A stretch of DNA of 64,000 bases from Ignavibacteriota bacterium (GCA_963727825.1 CAVSHO010000001.1:320001-384000); one strand, 5' to 3'. Shown: positions 29,983 to 40,224, counted from the stretch's first letter. Notes: generated from the letters alone by a model not told the origin. Program-made: numbers and translations.

Positions 29983-30908
29983 ATTCCGATGTTTTACGAG
30001 TTGGGCACAAATTTATAGGCGCTAATCAGCCTGTATATGTCATAGCCGAAATCGGCATCAATCACAATGGTTCATTAGAATTAGCAAAGAAGCTTATTGA
30101 TGCTGCATTTCTTGCTGGATGTGATGCGGTTAAATTTCAAAAACGAACCCCCGTAAAATGCGTTCCAATAGATCAATGGAATATCGAGCGCGATACACCA
30201 TGGGGACGCATGACATATATCAACTACCGCAATAAGATGGAATTTGGGAAGGAACAATTTGACGAGATCGATCAATACTGTCGTGTACGCGGAATTGCAT
30301 GGTTTGCATCTTGCTGGGATGAAGACTCCGTCGATTTTATGGAACAATATGCTGTCCCGTGTTACAAAGCACCTTCTGCCTCGCTTACAGACATAGAACT
30401 TCTTCGCAAGATGAAATCTACAGGCAAACCGTTAATCATCTCTACCGGTATGTCGACAATGGATGAAATTGAAACAGTCTTTGATTGTATAGGTCTCGAT
30501 AATCTTTTAATCGCACACACAACATCTACCTATCCTTGTCCGCTCCATGAAATTAATCTCCGGATGATTCAAACACTACAGGAAAAGTATATTAATAATC
30601 CTATCGGTTACTCAGGCCATGAAACGGGATTATCGCCTACATGGGCGGCTGTTGCACTGGGCGCAACGTTTGTCGAACGACATATCACACTTGATCGAGC
30701 GATGTGGGGAAGTGATCAGGCGGCTTCCGTGGAAATAGGCGGGCTTATACGACTTGTTCAAAATATTCGTGACATTGAGCGTGCATTTGGCGATGGTATC
30801 AAGCGGGTTTATCCGAGCGAGATTGGCCAGCGGAACAAATTACGTCGTATTAATTCTCTGGATCCGGTTTCCATATCAACTGAACGTTCCATGGTTTGTT
30901 CGCCATGA
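29979..30908 (+). CDS. NeuB-family ulosonic acid synthase (short form, no C-terminal AFP-like domain)
   Basis: IAEIGINHNG, AVKFQKR, ISTGMST, GYSGHE, VERHITLDR, GSDQAAS. Confidence 0.9.
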   Translation: MNSDVLRVGHKFIGANQPVYVIAEIGINHNGSLELAKKLIDAAFLAGCDAVKFQKRTPVKCVPIDQWNIERDTPWGRMTYINYRNKMEFGKEQFDEIDQYCRVRGIAWFASCWDEDSVDFMEQYAVPCYKAPSASLTDIELLRKMKSTGKPLIISTGMSTMDEIETVFDCIGLDNLLIAHTTSTYPCPLHEINLRMIQTLQEKYINNPIGYSGHETGLSPTWAAVALGATFVERHITLDRAMWGSDQAASVEIGGLIRLVQNIRDIERAFGDGIKRVYPSEIGQRNKLRRINSLDPVSISTERSMVCSP

Positions 30909-31046
30909 ATTGATTTTCTCGCTATGCCTTCGGTCAATTTCCCTATCTTCTATCCTGAGTTGTGAGGTTACTTTATCAGCAGTATGTCTATTTTTTACCA
31001 GTTCATTCCTGACTATACTGCATTTGAACACAATTTACGCAAATTA

Positions 31047-31080
31047 ATAATCCTTTGTTAACAGAAAGATAACAGAAAGA
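31047..31080 (+). promoter_or_regulatory. Pho-box-like array upstream of the sixA operon
   Basis: Perfect tandem 11-mer TAACAGAAAGA x2 (31059-31080), giving TTAACA-N5-ATAACA; TATATTG at about 31123. Confidence 0.7.
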
Positions 31081-31172
31081 CAGGGAATGTTCTCTTACTT
31101 TATTGTGAGTAAAAAAAAACTGTATATTGTGTCTATAAATATGATCGCATGATATTTTATTAAGGATTATTG

Positions 31173-31667
31173 ATGCTGGTTTATATTCTTCGCCATGGAA
31201 TTGCAGCGCCACGCGGTGTCAAACCATACCCAAATGATGATCGTCCTCTCACAGAAGAAGGTATTGAGAAGATGTTAAAAGGCGCAATGGGAATTGTGCA
31301 TCTGGTAGATGATGTAGATATTATTTTAACGAGCCCAATGATACGGGCTGCCGAAACTGCTAAGATTGTCGCAAAGGCATTACACATTGAATCAAAACTC
31401 CAGATTTGTAATGAGCTAAGTCCGGGGAGTTCATTAAAGAATCTTCTTACGTACCTTGCAAAATTTAAAAAATTGAGAGGTATCATGATTGTCGGTCATG
31501 AACCGGATCTTGCTTATTTCGCTTCTGCATTGCTGGGTAAGAAAACACCAGTTATTGAATTTAAAAAGGGTTCACTTTGCTGCATAGAAGTGACCACAAT
31601 ACCATCGAAAAAAGATGGGAAATTACTCTGGCTTGTTACGCCAAAACAATTACGATTGATGGCATAA
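31173..31667 (+). CDS. sixA: Phosphohistidine phosphatase SixA
   Basis: LRHGIA, DRPLTEEG, TSPMIRAAETA, VGHEP, FKKG. Confidence 0.9.
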   Translation: MLVYILRHGIAAPRGVKPYPNDDRPLTEEGIEKMLKGAMGIVHLVDDVDIILTSPMIRAAETAKIVAKALHIESKLQICNELSPGSSLKNLLTYLAKFKKLRGIMIVGHEPDLAYFASALLGKKTPVIEFKKGSLCCIEVTTIPSKKDGKLLWLVTPKQLRLMA

Positions 31668-31682
31668 AAGAAAGAAGGAAAA

Positions 31683-32396
31683 ATGTCCCGCGTTTTTGAA
31701 CAAGATCACCAGCTACCCGGCCGATTAATTATTGTCGAAGGGATAGATGGATCCGGCAAGTCAACACAATTGCAATTGCTGCATAAGTGGCTCCTCAATT
31801 CGAAATATCGAACATTTTTTACAGAATGGAATTCATCAGCACTGGTAAAAGAAACAATTAAGTATGGGAAAAAGAAAAATCTTCTAACACCAACGACGTT
31901 TTCCATTTTGCATGCAACAGACTTTGCCGATCGTTTGATGCACTTGATCATTCCTCCGATGAAAGCAGGAATGATTGTCTGTGCAGATCGGTATATCTAT
32001 ACCGCTTTTGCCCGCGATGTTGTGCGTGGCGTCCATCCGGAATGGGTGCGCAATTTGTATGGCTTTGCAGTTAAGCCGGATATCGGATTTTATTTTAAAG
32101 TACCGATAGAAGTTTCCCTCAATCGTATTTTAACAGGCAGAGTGGAATTGAAATTTCATGAAGCCGGAATGGATATGGGCCTCAGCGAAGATCCGAAGGA
32201 AAGTTTTCGGTTGTTTCAATCCAAGATACTTGAAGAATATGACAGGATCGCAGCGGAATTCGGTTTGAGTGTTATCGATGCGACCCTTTCTATTCAAAAA
32301 CAACAGACAATGGTTCGCGAGATCATCAGAGAGAAGTTGAAAGATTATGAGCCCACGCCATTCCTAAGAAAGAAGGAAAATGTCTATGTTGCATAA
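31683..32396 (+). CDS. Thymidylate-kinase-fold P-loop protein A
   Basis: EGIDGSGKST, ADRYIYT, EAGMD. Confidence 0.85.
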   Translation: MSRVFEQDHQLPGRLIIVEGIDGSGKSTQLQLLHKWLLNSKYRTFFTEWNSSALVKETIKYGKKKNLLTPTTFSILHATDFADRLMHLIIPPMKAGMIVCADRYIYTAFARDVVRGVHPEWVRNLYGFAVKPDIGFYFKVPIEVSLNRILTGRVELKFHEAGMDMGLSEDPKESFRLFQSKILEEYDRIAAEFGLSVIDATLSIQKQQTMVREIIREKLKDYEPTPFLRKKENVYVA

Positions 32397-33147
32397 AAAA
32401 AATGTGTTTTATGGTACCGGGCTGCCTTATGTTGATGCTCATGAAATGAAGGGAAAACTCATTGTCATTGAAGGCACAGATGGAGTAGGGCGATCAACCC
32501 AAATTGAATCATTAAAGAAATGGCTCGAGGTTAAAGGATATGGAGTTGCGACAACCGGATGGACTCGCTCGCCGCTGATGGGCAATGCAATTGATGAAGC
32601 GAAATCGGGCCACACACTCAACGTAAACACCTTTAGTCTATTATATGCTGCAGATTTTGCCGATCGCCTAGAGCATGAAGTGATTCCTGCATTGAAGGCA
32701 GGGTTTATTGTTCTCGCAGACCGCTACATTTATACAGCGTTCGCCCGGTCGATAGTCCGTGGTGCAGACTCACAGTGGATTCGAAAAGTCTTTGGTTTTG
32801 CACTTGTGCCTGACGCAGTATTTTATATGCGCGTGCAAATTGAAGATTTGATTCCCCGTGTAATCAACAGCAAGACATTGAATAGACGCTATTGGGAAGA
32901 AGACTTAGGCGAAGGAATGGATTACTGGGAATCAGGTATGGATCTGCATCTCGGAGAGGATTTTTACGACAGCTTTATGGAGTACCAGAAACGTATTCTT
33001 CATGAATTTCACAAGATGTCCAAAGAATTCAGATTTCAGGTTGTGGATGCGTCACGTTCGTTTGAAGAAATCAATAGGGAATTAAAACAGGGGATATTAC
33101 TCATCCTAAATCATGAAAGATCCGAAGAAAAATCTAGCCGCAATTGA
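32380..33147 (+). CDS. Thymidylate-kinase-fold protein B (P-loop Lys replaced by Arg)
   Basis: EGTDGVGRST, ADRYIYT, ESGMD. Confidence 0.85.
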   Translation: MSMLHKKNVFYGTGLPYVDAHEMKGKLIVIEGTDGVGRSTQIESLKKWLEVKGYGVATTGWTRSPLMGNAIDEAKSGHTLNVNTFSLLYAADFADRLEHEVIPALKAGFIVLADRYIYTAFARSIVRGADSQWIRKVFGFALVPDAVFYMRVQIEDLIPRVINSKTLNRRYWEEDLGEGMDYWESGMDLHLGEDFYDSFMEYQKRILHEFHKMSKEFRFQVVDASRSFEEINRELKQGILLILNHERSEEKSSRN

Positions 33148-34669
33148 TATCGGAACAAATTCCTTCCATCTCATTGTAGCCGAAGTCAATACTGAGACGG
33201 GGCGGTTTAAAATTCTTGGAAAAGAAAAAGAAGTTGTCCGTTTGGGGTCTGGTTCGACGGATATGAAATATCTTTCCGAGCTTGCTATGAACCGTGGTAT
33301 TGAAGTCCTAAAACGATTTCGTATTGTTGCGGATGCTTTTCAAGCAGATGTGCGGGCAATTGCCACGAGCGCTGTACGCGAAGCGATCAACAAACAGGAT
33401 TTTGTTCGCCGCGTGAAGATAGAAACCGGAATTCGGATAGAAATTGTCTCCGGTTTCGAAGAGGCACGGTTAATTTATTTAGGCGTGTTGCAGGCGCTGC
33501 CTGTGTTTCATAATAAAATACTACTTGTTGATATCGGTGGAGGCAGCACCGAGTTTCTCATCGGGGAAAAACGGTCTATTTACTTCAGCAATAGCCTAAA
33601 ACTTGGAGCAGTCCGGTTAACAGAGCGATTTTTAGAATCAGGGAACCTCAGCCGGAAAACTGTCGAAGAATGCAGAAAATATGTGCGCGGATTTCTGGTT
33701 CCGATTATTCGCGATGTAAAAAAACAACAGTTCGAGGTTTGCATCGGAACTTCTGGTACTATCAACAACCTGGCAAATATTATACGAACAAATCGTGGTG
33801 AGGCAATTGAGCTTCCATTAAACAATGTTTCTTTCTCACGGGCAGAATTACTTGAAACTGTTAAGAATATACTCACGTTTATAACGCCCATCGAAAGAAT
33901 GGAAATTGAAGGATTAGATCCCGACCGTGCTGATATTATGCCTGCCGGAGCTATCATTCTTGAACAAATTTTTCTGGCACTGGGTATAAAAATATTAACC
34001 GTTTCGGAATATTCATTACGCGAAGGAATTCTTCTCGACAGCATAGAAAAAATGCACACGAAGAAGCCGTCTGTGTATCTCCACAATCTTCGACGGAGCA
34101 GTGTTCTTCATTTGGCCGAGATTTATCATTATGAAAAAAAACATGCGCATCACGTGAACGCCTTGGCGTTGCAACTGTTCGATCAGACCAAATATCTCCA
34201 TAAACTCAATGGACAGGCGCGTGAATATCTTGAAGCAGCGGCAATTCTCCATGAAGTAGGATCATTCGTTTCGCATACACAGCATCACCGGCATTCCTAT
34301 TACCTGATTAGGAACGCAGAACTGTTTGGCTATACAGAAAACGAGAAAGAAATTATCGCGAATGTTGCACGCTATCATCGTAAGAGCCATCCTAAGATAA
34401 AACATGAGGGATACAATCTTCTTTCAAACGAAGATAAGATATTAGTATCTAAACTTGCCTCCCTTTTGCGTATTGCTGATGGTCTCGACCGTTCGCATGC
34501 CTCACGAATCCAACAATTGAAGGTACGCAAGATTAGTCGAAAACTTCGTGTCCGGGTTTATCATGCATCAAAAGTCAAGCCGGATTTAGAATTGTGGGGT
34601 GCGAACCGGAAGAAGCAATTGTTTGAAATTGTTTTTCGAAAAAGAATTGAATTTGTAGCAGTATCTTAA
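33113..34669 (+). CDS. ppx: Exopolyphosphatase Ppx/GppA (long form with HD-like C-terminal domain)
   Basis: AIDIGTNSFH, ATSAVREA, EEARL, DIGGGSTE, LREG, ARYHRKS, LRIADGLD. Confidence 0.95.
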   Translation: MKDPKKNLAAIDIGTNSFHLIVAEVNTETGRFKILGKEKEVVRLGSGSTDMKYLSELAMNRGIEVLKRFRIVADAFQADVRAIATSAVREAINKQDFVRRVKIETGIRIEIVSGFEEARLIYLGVLQALPVFHNKILLVDIGGGSTEFLIGEKRSIYFSNSLKLGAVRLTERFLESGNLSRKTVEECRKYVRGFLVPIIRDVKKQQFEVCIGTSGTINNLANIIRTNRGEAIELPLNNVSFSRAELLETVKNILTFITPIERMEIEGLDPDRADIMPAGAIILEQIFLALGIKILTVSEYSLREGILLDSIEKMHTKKPSVYLHNLRRSSVLHLAEIYHYEKKHAHHVNALALQLFDQTKYLHKLNGQAREYLEAAAILHEVGSFVSHTQHHRHSYYLIRNAELFGYTENEKEIIANVARYHRKSHPKIKHEGYNLLSNEDKILVSKLASLLRIADGLDRSHASRIQQLKVRKISRKLRVRVYHASKVKPDLELWGANRKKQLFEIVFRKRIEFVAVS

Positions 34670-34807
34670 ATGAAATGCAATTGTGTTAGGTACATTTTGA
34701 AATATTTATTGGACTCTGTAAATATCTGTGTTGTAGCTGTGAACCTGTCTGTTAGATTGTATCCTGAAACTTCAATTACCTGACAAACAACTTGATTGTA
34801 CACTTCT

Positions 34808-35299
34808 CTATGAAATAGATTGCAAGAAGCGCTGTCTAAACTGCTCCTCTTCCCATTGGGAAAATTTCTTACAGAGAGAAAGAAAGTTTTCATGCCGTTC
34901 CTTTTCAAACCTTTGTATTAAAATGCGGAGCCCTGTTGTCGGTATCTTCAGTGCACGATCATTGATGCCTGCATTGAAATGGCGAACTTGCCGGACATGT
35001 TGTCTGAGGATTGGAAGATTGATATCGAGATCATGTATACGGCCTAAGATACCGAGGATCTGTTTGACGGAATTGAGGCAATCCTCAAATTGTGAACCAT
35101 ACGCCGGCAGATACATTTCCATCGCATATCGCACTCGCTTTCCACGCAAACGCAGAGCATGAAGGGTTTCCTGATGATGTTCGTTCAAGATCACAGGATC
35201 GATTCTTGTCAAGAAGGAATCTAATATGGGTGGGAGAATCTCACGGCCGTTGCTGCGTAATGTCAATTTATTCTTCGAGGAGGTGGCTCTCTTTTTCAT
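34808..35299 (-). CDS. CHAD domain, C-terminal half
   Basis: LHALRLRGKRVRYAME, LGRIHDLD; its ATG overlaps the upstream TGA (ATGA). Confidence 0.75.
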   Translation of the reverse strand: MKKRATSSKNKLTLRSNGREILPPILDSFLTRIDPVILNEHHQETLHALRLRGKRVRYAMEMYLPAYGSQFEDCLNSVKQILGILGRIHDLDINLPILRQHVRQVRHFNAGINDRALKIPTTGLRILIQRFEKERHENFLSLCKKFSQWEEEQFRQRFLQSIS

Positions 35300-35772
35300 C
35301 GAAGGGATCCCCAAATGAATTCTTCGAACCGCCGCTTAAACCCGGTGCGTATGAGTTTTCGGATTTCTGCTTTCATGACTTTACGGTGTAACTCGCGTAT
35401 AGTTCGCTCCTGTGCCACAAGCCATTGTAAAGCAATCTTATCTTTGGTTGGGATGTCTTTGATAAGATTTTCCAATTCTTCTTGCAAAACATCGATTTCC
35501 CGTACCGGTCCAAAAGCATTAATAAGTTTCTCAATCTCTTCTAACTGATAACGCAATTGTTTTTTAGGAAAGAAATTTTTATGAATCTTCAATGTAGCAC
35601 GAAGGCGACGGGCTGAAACTCGCATGTTATGGAGCGCCTCTGGATCAGTCCCTTTAACTGTCTCAGATTCGTATGAAAGCATTTCCTGCATCCATCCTAG
35701 TAGCGTTCTTCGAAGCGAAACTTTGAGTGGTTCGTTCGGATCAAGATCAACAATTTCCAATGGTCTTGCCAT
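35296..35772 (-). CDS. CHAD domain, N-terminal half
   Basis: DPEALHNMRVSARRLRATL, FGPVREIDV. Confidence 0.8.
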   Translation of the reverse strand: MARPLEIVDLDPNEPLKVSLRRTLLGWMQEMLSYESETVKGTDPEALHNMRVSARRLRATLKIHKNFFPKKQLRYQLEEIEKLINAFGPVREIDVLQEELENLIKDIPTKDKIALQWLVAQERTIRELHRKVMKAEIRKLIRTGFKRRFEEFIWGSLR

Positions 35773-35974
35773 AACAAGAGTAATGTAGATAAAAGATTGC
35801 AAAAGATAAAATGGAGAACTGGTCAAGTCACAAAATCAAAGAACTCATGTACGATGAAATCAAATTTGATAAATGAATACAATGTATTTATCTTGTGAAG
35901 TATTAAGTTGGACTATCGTTAGCATTAATTAACAAGGACAGTTTTTACATGAAGAACGGGAGAAGAGAACAACA

Positions 35975-36346
35975 ATGACAAACAAAGTTGAAATCAAATG
36001 GTTGCGCGAGCCAGAAGAACATGACTATCCAGCAGCACTGGCCTACTTGTCTTTGATTGAGGATGAAAAGAAAGCCACAGAACTTGTCAATAAATTGAAA
36101 AGAGCATCGATTTCAGAATTTAAGGCCAAAGATATTTTTAGAGCGTCAGATTTATCCTTATTAGGGATTGGTAATTCTCATATTATAAAAGATCAACATA
36201 AAATAAAATCGGGTCATGAACTATCGCCTCTCCTCCTTGTAAGAGATCCGGATAATGCAAAAGTTATTATTGCAGATGGATATCATCGATTATGTGCGGT
36301 TTACTCTTTCGATGAAGATGCCGTCATTCCTTGTAAAATTGTGTAA
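35975..36346 (+). CDS. Small ParB/sulfiredoxin-like hypothetical protein
   Basis: SPLLLV...IIADGYHRL. Confidence 0.6.
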   Translation: MTNKVEIKWLREPEEHDYPAALAYLSLIEDEKKATELVNKLKRASISEFKAKDIFRASDLSLLGIGNSHIIKDQHKIKSGHELSPLLLVRDPDNAKVIIADGYHRLCAVYSFDEDAVIPCKIV

Positions 36347-36423
36347 ATGCATACACTTTTCTTGTGCATCGAAAATGATCTTATCATTCTTTGTTTTAAA
36401 ATCATTAGCTTGGAGCCACCTTT

Positions 36424-36870
36424 ATGAACTGGTCGCTTTTTCTTCCTTCGGTGTCCGATGACTACGAAGGCTCTCCCATTGCCTTCTATTTCTTGGTGCT
36501 GGTCGCTATCGTTAGTACGATCCGCAGTTTTATTCATATATTTGCCATTGACGGTGGGGCAAACTCCATTGCGGGCATAGCGATCAATTTGGCTGGCGGT
36601 TCCAACATTGTTGCGATTTTTGGACAATGGGGTGCAAGCCAACTTCTCCTTGCTCTCTTCTACTGGTTGGCGATTATACGTTATCGGTTTCTAGTTCCTT
36701 GGATGCTGGCAATTGTTTTCCTCGAACAAGTTTTACGAATTGGAGTTGGTCATCTTAAACCCATCGAAGTATCCACATTGCCCCCCGGAGCGATTGGAAG
36801 TTACATCCTTTTGCCTCTATCATTAATTGCTTTAATATTATCCTTGGTGCAGAAGTCTAAAGCTGGATAA
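36424..36870 (+). CDS. Four-TM hypothetical membrane protein
   Basis: Hydrophobic helices; DGGANSIAGI, PPGAIG. Confidence 0.7.
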   Translation: MNWSLFLPSVSDDYEGSPIAFYFLVLVAIVSTIRSFIHIFAIDGGANSIAGIAINLAGGSNIVAIFGQWGASQLLLALFYWLAIIRYRFLVPWMLAIVFLEQVLRIGVGHLKPIEVSTLPPGAIGSYILLPLSLIALILSLVQKSKAG

Positions 36871-37060
36871 TCGATGCCTCTCTGTCTGCTAAAAGAGTGT
36901 AATGAATTTATTTAATTGCGTTGCACAAAAAACAGTCGCACTCCTAATGTGACAAGCAAGCAACCTGGATCAAAATATTTTCCATCTCTGCTAAAGCCAC
37001 TTATTCCCTTAAATTATATTGCAAGACATTGTCATAGACAATGAGGATCATAAAAATCAG

Positions 37061-37121
37061 TTTACATTCCCATGATAACTTCTATACAAAAACATGATAA
37101 TCTGACCACATATTTGATACG
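37061..37121 (+). promoter_or_regulatory. Pho-box-like array upstream of the TonB receptor
   Basis: TTTACA, ATGATA, TATACA, ATGATA, ACCACA, GATACG at an exact 11-bp period; TATATTG at about 37153. Confidence 0.6.
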
Positions 37122-37339
37122 CCGTCATAATAATTAAAAAACATACCGCAAGTATATTGTATCCGTATTTTTTCGACTCCTATTATTTAAATATAGAGGT
37201 GGATTACGTTATCTCACAAATTTTTTCCGTGTGAATTCTTGGTATTTAGCCGCAGTCAATCACACAATAAAATTTCCGGCAGCCGCATTTGGTCAGCTTT
37301 CTTTGATTTAAACACCGTGCTCATTTAACTCATACGAAT

Positions 37340-40129
37340 ATGGATTTACAAATTATGGTTCGTCTGAATGCTGCAATTATTTTTACTGCGCTCTGCGTTG
37401 TCAGCTTGTATGCCGGCTCGATTCGCGGTACTGTACGTGACAAAGGAACGAACGAGCCTATCGTAGGAGCAAATGTCTCGTTACTGGGAACAGGCATGGG
37501 AGCAGTGACGAATGCTTCGGGTGAATTCTTCGTATCCATGTTTAAAAGGACGTACACTATTCGAGTGAGCATGCTGGGGTATGAACAGTATGAGAGCAAG
37601 GTTGTTCTTCCGGAGGATACTGCGGAAGTAGTGCTTGAAATTTATCTTAAGGAAAGTCCCATTGGTGTCGGCGAAGTTGTGGTTCGGGCGCGCGCAAATA
37701 GAGAACTCGAGGCCGCTGGCATTCGTACGGAGTTTGAGTCGAATAACATCATCAATGTAATTACCGCTCAAACGATCGAGCGCTCAACAGATCGGACTGC
37801 AACAGAAGTGCTTCAGCGTGTCTCAGGTCTCTCGATCATTAAACAGAATGGAGAAGGTCACGCCGTCGTTATGCGTGGATTAACCCAGCAATATAATAAC
37901 ACACTTGTGGACGGCATTAAAATTCCAAGTCCGGAATCAAAAGACAGATTTATTCCTCTCGATATCTTTCCATCGTCCTTATTCGAACGGATCGATGTCA
38001 CAAAATCGCTAACAGCTGACCTTCCCGGTGATGCAATAGGGGGAACAACGGATCTCGTCATCCGACGTGCACCTGAATCCTTTATTCTCCAAGTGAGCGC
38101 TGCAACGGGCTATAATTCTTCAGTACAGAATAATCCCTTTATGACATTTGATGCGAGTACAGTCCAGGAGCTTGATCCAGATCGGCTTCATCACATCGTT
38201 GATCAGGAAAATCCAACTGCCTTTACCAAAGATGCATATGGGCGTTTAACAGTGTCACCATCTGATTTCTCAGTCAACAATCTCAAGTTTACATATAAGA
38301 ATAGTCCAATAGATGGTTTGTATTCTCTCGTCGTAGGTGACCGCTTTCTCGATTCACGAATCGGCATCATAGCCTCCGGTGGCTATCAAAACACGTTCAA
38401 TCGGTCACAAACAGATGTTTATAGTATTGATGGTGGAAATATAAATAATAGTTGGAATGCGACCGATGCATCAGTTGACGACCAGACATATTATACACAT
38501 AAAATGCGAAGCGGAGCAACTGTCAAAGCCGACTTTATTATGGCTATCGATCAGCAATTTTCAGTGACATTCATTTACAATAATCAAACGACGGAATTGA
38601 CGAGGAATGGCATTTCAACAACCCTTAACGGTACTGTTGGTGCCGCGACCATTATTGGTACCTATCGTTCTGCACTTCAAAAACAGACTATAGCAAATTA
38701 TTCCATCTCAGGCGATAATTTTACGTCATCACCCATCTCTGTGCACTGGATAGCAAATTATTCCGATGCACAACAGGATCGTCCGGATGATGCTGAATAT
38801 TCCTTGTTGAATCACCCTGATAGAAATGGGAATATCCCAACTGTGTGGGGCACTGGCAATGTTACTCATTCCTGGCGATGGAATGATGACCGTCAGTACC
38901 TTGTCAATGTGGATTTTACGTACAAATTAACCTCAGACGAAACAAATGTTATCCATACAGGCGGAGGTTATACAGGACTTAAACGTGCAAATTTCGAAAA
39001 TGATTTTACATTAGTCCCCGCGCTTGATCCTACTACCGGACGGACGCCACCCTTCACTGTAATTGATAGCATGAAATTTGTCCCTAATGCAGCGATCGTC
39101 GGAAATCCAGTGTTTAATTATCAGAATTACAAAGCACAGGAAGCACTGTTATCAGGGTATTTTGAATACACATTAAACACCGGCGCTTTTCAGGCACTTG
39201 CAGGTATTCGATGGGAACAAGCAACGGACCAGTTCTGGACCGCTGCTCCCATTAGTGATAGATATAATTCGGACACGGTAAAATTCATAGACTTATTGCC
39301 AAGTGCGCACATTCGCTATGCATTCAGCTCAGAACATATTATGCGCCTTTCTGTCACAAAAACTATGAGTCGGCCAAGTTATTTTGATCTTGTTCCTGCT
39401 CAAGACGTGGGAGACGTTAATGTAAACAAAGGGAACCCTGACCTGAAGGCCGCACACTCAACCAATGTTGACCTGCAATATGAGTATGTCACTTCTACTA
39501 CCGATCAGTTCTCTATTACTTTTTACAAAAAACACATTACCGATGCAATCCAGAAAAGCGTATCCGGTTCCACGGTAACATCTACAACCATGACCAATGG
39601 CCCTCCGGCGGATGTCTATGGAGCTGAAATTTCTGTTCTTGTGCACATCGGGAATTTTGGCATCTCCGGAAATTATGCTCAAGCCTATTCACGTACAACC
39701 GATCAGGTCACTATCGTAACGATCGGGACCGATATGTGGGGCGAAATTGGACCTGTTAACACGTACGTCACACGAACTCGTCCGCTTCAAGATCAGTCCC
39801 CGGTTCTCGCAAATGCAACTCTCTCTTATGGGAATAAGCTATGGGGCACCGGCATGCAGGTTTCATACAATTACACCGGCAGACGGCTCGTTGGCGTCGG
39901 TAGCCAGGACGGATTAGATGTCTATGAAAATGGCGTTGGAGATATGGATTTCTCTGCAGATCAGATCATACTACCGGGCCTTAAGCTTTCAGTGAAGCTC
40001 TCTAATATTTTAAATTCTGTCGTTGTGCGAGAAGCTCCATCCGGTGCATGGATGATCCATGTGCCCCTCCTTGTTGAACAGGATTATAATAAATTCCGCG
40101 GTACTATCGGGATCAGTTTTCTTTTATAA
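37340..40129 (+). CDS. TonB-dependent receptor with an N-terminal carboxypeptidase-regulatory-like domain
   Basis: IRGTVRDKGTNEPIVGANV; plug LQRVSGL, RGL, IDVTKS, DAIGG; SRPSY, GNPDLK. Confidence 0.92.
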   Translation: MDLQIMVRLNAAIIFTALCVVSLYAGSIRGTVRDKGTNEPIVGANVSLLGTGMGAVTNASGEFFVSMFKRTYTIRVSMLGYEQYESKVVLPEDTAEVVLEIYLKESPIGVGEVVVRARANRELEAAGIRTEFESNNIINVITAQTIERSTDRTATEVLQRVSGLSIIKQNGEGHAVVMRGLTQQYNNTLVDGIKIPSPESKDRFIPLDIFPSSLFERIDVTKSLTADLPGDAIGGTTDLVIRRAPESFILQVSAATGYNSSVQNNPFMTFDASTVQELDPDRLHHIVDQENPTAFTKDAYGRLTVSPSDFSVNNLKFTYKNSPIDGLYSLVVGDRFLDSRIGIIASGGYQNTFNRSQTDVYSIDGGNINNSWNATDASVDDQTYYTHKMRSGATVKADFIMAIDQQFSVTFIYNNQTTELTRNGISTTLNGTVGAATIIGTYRSALQKQTIANYSISGDNFTSSPISVHWIANYSDAQQDRPDDAEYSLLNHPDRNGNIPTVWGTGNVTHSWRWNDDRQYLVNVDFTYKLTSDETNVIHTGGGYTGLKRANFENDFTLVPALDPTTGRTPPFTVIDSMKFVPNAAIVGNPVFNYQNYKAQEALLSGYFEYTLNTGAFQALAGIRWEQATDQFWTAAPISDRYNSDTVKFIDLLPSAHIRYAFSSEHIMRLSVTKTMSRPSYFDLVPAQDVGDVNVNKGNPDLKAAHSTNVDLQYEYVTSTTDQFSITFYKKHITDAIQKSVSGSTVTSTTMTNGPPADVYGAEISVLVHIGNFGISGNYAQAYSRTTDQVTIVTIGTDMWGEIGPVNTYVTRTRPLQDQSPVLANATLSYGNKLWGTGMQVSYNYTGRRLVGVGSQDGLDVYENGVGDMDFSADQIILPGLKLSVKLSNILNSVVVREAPSGAWMIHVPLLVEQDYNKFRGTIGISFLL

Positions 40130-40224
40130 ATCACGAACACCAAGCATAAATTAACAAAAGAAAAATCATGAAAGTATTATTAAACCAATCTCATCCAACA
40201 TATCAATTTTCTACAGGAGGATTT

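Noticed and set aside
31683-33147. Housekeeping tmk
   Set aside because: A tandem pair with no REPGG motif, an altered P-loop in one copy and a polyP context; the gene symbol was withheld.
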